DNA of 64,000 bases from a bacterium (GTDB lineage Bacteria > Spirochaetota > Spirochaetia > Treponematales > UBA12059), in the NCBI GenBank assembly GCA_035530295.1, contig DATKVB010000014.1, positions 279,881 through 343,880 of the forward strand, written 5' to 3'. The translations under genes were made by a program, and so were the position numbers. Positions 62,865 through 64,000 of the stretch are shown one piece after another. Position 1 is the stretch's first letter; each line of letters starts with the position of its first letter. The notes beneath the pieces were generated by a model. The model was not told the DNA's origin, did not search any database, and saw only the letters and a list, made by a program, of their open reading frames with translations.

Positions 62865-64000
62865 TCACCCTGCCGGAAATTTGAGCCTGAACTGCGAACC
62901 ATTGGCTGTTGATGCAGAGTAGTTGGCCTTAAGCTGGGCCGCGAGCAGTTCCACGAGCTTGAGTCCGAAGCCTTCGGAAGCCGCAGGATCAAACCCCGGT
63001 GGAAATCCGATGCCGTCATCGGATATCATGAGAACCAGGTGATCCGCCTCTCGCGCGAGCCGCACAGTGATGGTGCCACGCTTGGTGCCAGGGAAGGCGT
63101 GCTTGAGGCAATCCGTGACCAGTTCGTTGACTATGAGACCTATGGAAACAGCCCGTTTCATGTCTATTGATATGGGGGCAATGTCCTGCTCCACCGCTAT
63201 TCCACGCGCGTCGGCTCCCATGCTCTGGGTCGCGGAGTCGACGACTCTACCTATGTAGTCAACCAGGTCGATATCGCCTATTCCGCCGGAATCGTACAGT
63301 ATGTCGTAGAGCGAGGCCAGCGCCGAGATCCTGGCGCCAAGCGTCTCGAGCGATGCCTTGGCCTGCGCTGAGTTCACCTTGCCCGACTCTATGGACACGA
63401 GGCTGGCTATGATGGCCATGCTGTTTTTAACCCTGTGCTGAAGTTCGCGCAGTAACATGGCCATTTCAGCATTGGCCTTGGTCAGATCCTCTGTGCGCAG
63501 TGCTATCTTCACCTCAAGTGAGGCACGTTCGGCGTCGAGCAGGGCAATGGCCTTCTTTCGTTGGTGCGATGAGCGCGCAAGCCCGATCACCAGCGCCGAT
63601 TCGGCCACCAACATGATGAGTGCGACCATCATGATGGGCCAGAAGCGTTCCAGGAATGTCTGGCTGCGAAACAGCACCACACTATCCGGAGGTAGCCGAT
63701 CATCGCTTATGTGCCATCGCTCAAGCGCCCTGGAGTCAAACCAGTAGCCCATGGTGGATGCCGCATAGTCGGACTGAGAAGTCGGAGCTGCAGCATCACC
63801 GTATACGGCAATCCTGCCGATGACGCGTCCGAGCTGGACGGCGCTTATCGAATAGCCGCCGACTATGCCTGTCCCGAGTAGAGAGTCGAAGTGGCCGAAG
63901 ACCGGAACCGGCGCGGCTCTGGCCAGGTTGGTCGCTACTGTCATCGGCATCAGCGTGGCCCCCTTCCTGTCGCGGGTCACGGGAAGATGGAGGATGGCCG
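62865..64000 (-). CDS. HisKA_2/HWE-type sensor histidine kinase (5' end outside window)
   Basis: Frame is open to the right edge. Periplasmic-domain tail, one TM segment (FWPIMMVALIMLVAESALVIGL), H-box LQHRVKNSMAIIASLVSIE and an HATPase (LIVNELVTDCLKHAF, DDGIGF). Confidence 0.85.
   Translation of the reverse strand, partial: AILHLPVTRDRKGATLMPMTVATNLARAAPVPVFGHFDSLLGTGIVGGYSISAVQLGRVIGRIAVYGDAAAPTSQSDYAASTMGYWFDSRALERWHISDDRLPPDSVVLFRSQTFLERFWPIMMVALIMLVAESALVIGLARSSHQRKKAIALLDAERASLEVKIALRTEDLTKANAEMAMLLRELQHRVKNSMAIIASLVSIESGKVNSAQAKASLETLGARISALASLYDILYDSGGIGDIDLVDYIGRVVDSATQSMGADARGIAVEQDIAPISIDMKRAVSIGLIVNELVTDCLKHAFPGTKRGTITVRLAREADHLVLMISDDGIGFPPGFDPAASEGFGLKLVELLAAQLKANYSASTANGSQFRLKFPAG

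Overview
GC-rich bacterial chromosomal segment (about 60% GC by eye) with roughly 55 protein-coding genes on both strands. I recognised no rRNA, tRNA, CRISPR array, transposase or integrase. The gene content points to an anaerobic diderm organism; I cannot assign the taxon from sequence alone. Left to right, the window holds: the tail of a group-4 hydrogenase-like module; mgtA with a structured leader and a coupled PTS-EIIA-like gene; a sufC-sufBD-arsR-lplA-lpdA string divergent from mrp/apbC; a split chromate-transporter pair; a TetR-MMPL-LolA-like-outer-membrane-barrel cluster facing a patatin/Omp85-type phospholipase; a binding-protein gene (broken by one in-frame TAG) directly upstream of a HisKA_2 kinase; a SHOCT/secreted/polyferredoxin trio; a DEAD-box helicase; a long TPR protein; PPi-phosphofructokinase; an NlpD-like gene followed by an RpoD/RpoS-family sigma; a lipoprotein with about 26 ankyrin repeats; clpS-clpA-aat followed by a cysteine-free B12/radical-SAM-like gene; an ECF sigma/anti-sigma/orphan MotA-like trio; a multi-domain PilZ protein translationally overlapped by a GAF-HD-GYP phosphodiesterase; and a threonine T-box leader in front of a TGS-less thrS. 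The best candidates for something undescribed are: (1) the PilZ plus HD-GYP pair with its neighbouring orphan MotA-like channel, (2) the Cys-free radical-SAM-like protein appended to the N-degron genes, (3) the MMPL/LolA-like/barrel envelope export cluster, and (4) the mgtA leader with a proline-rich uORF and an anti-SD helix. All functional calls come from reading motifs in the supplied translations. No database search was run.
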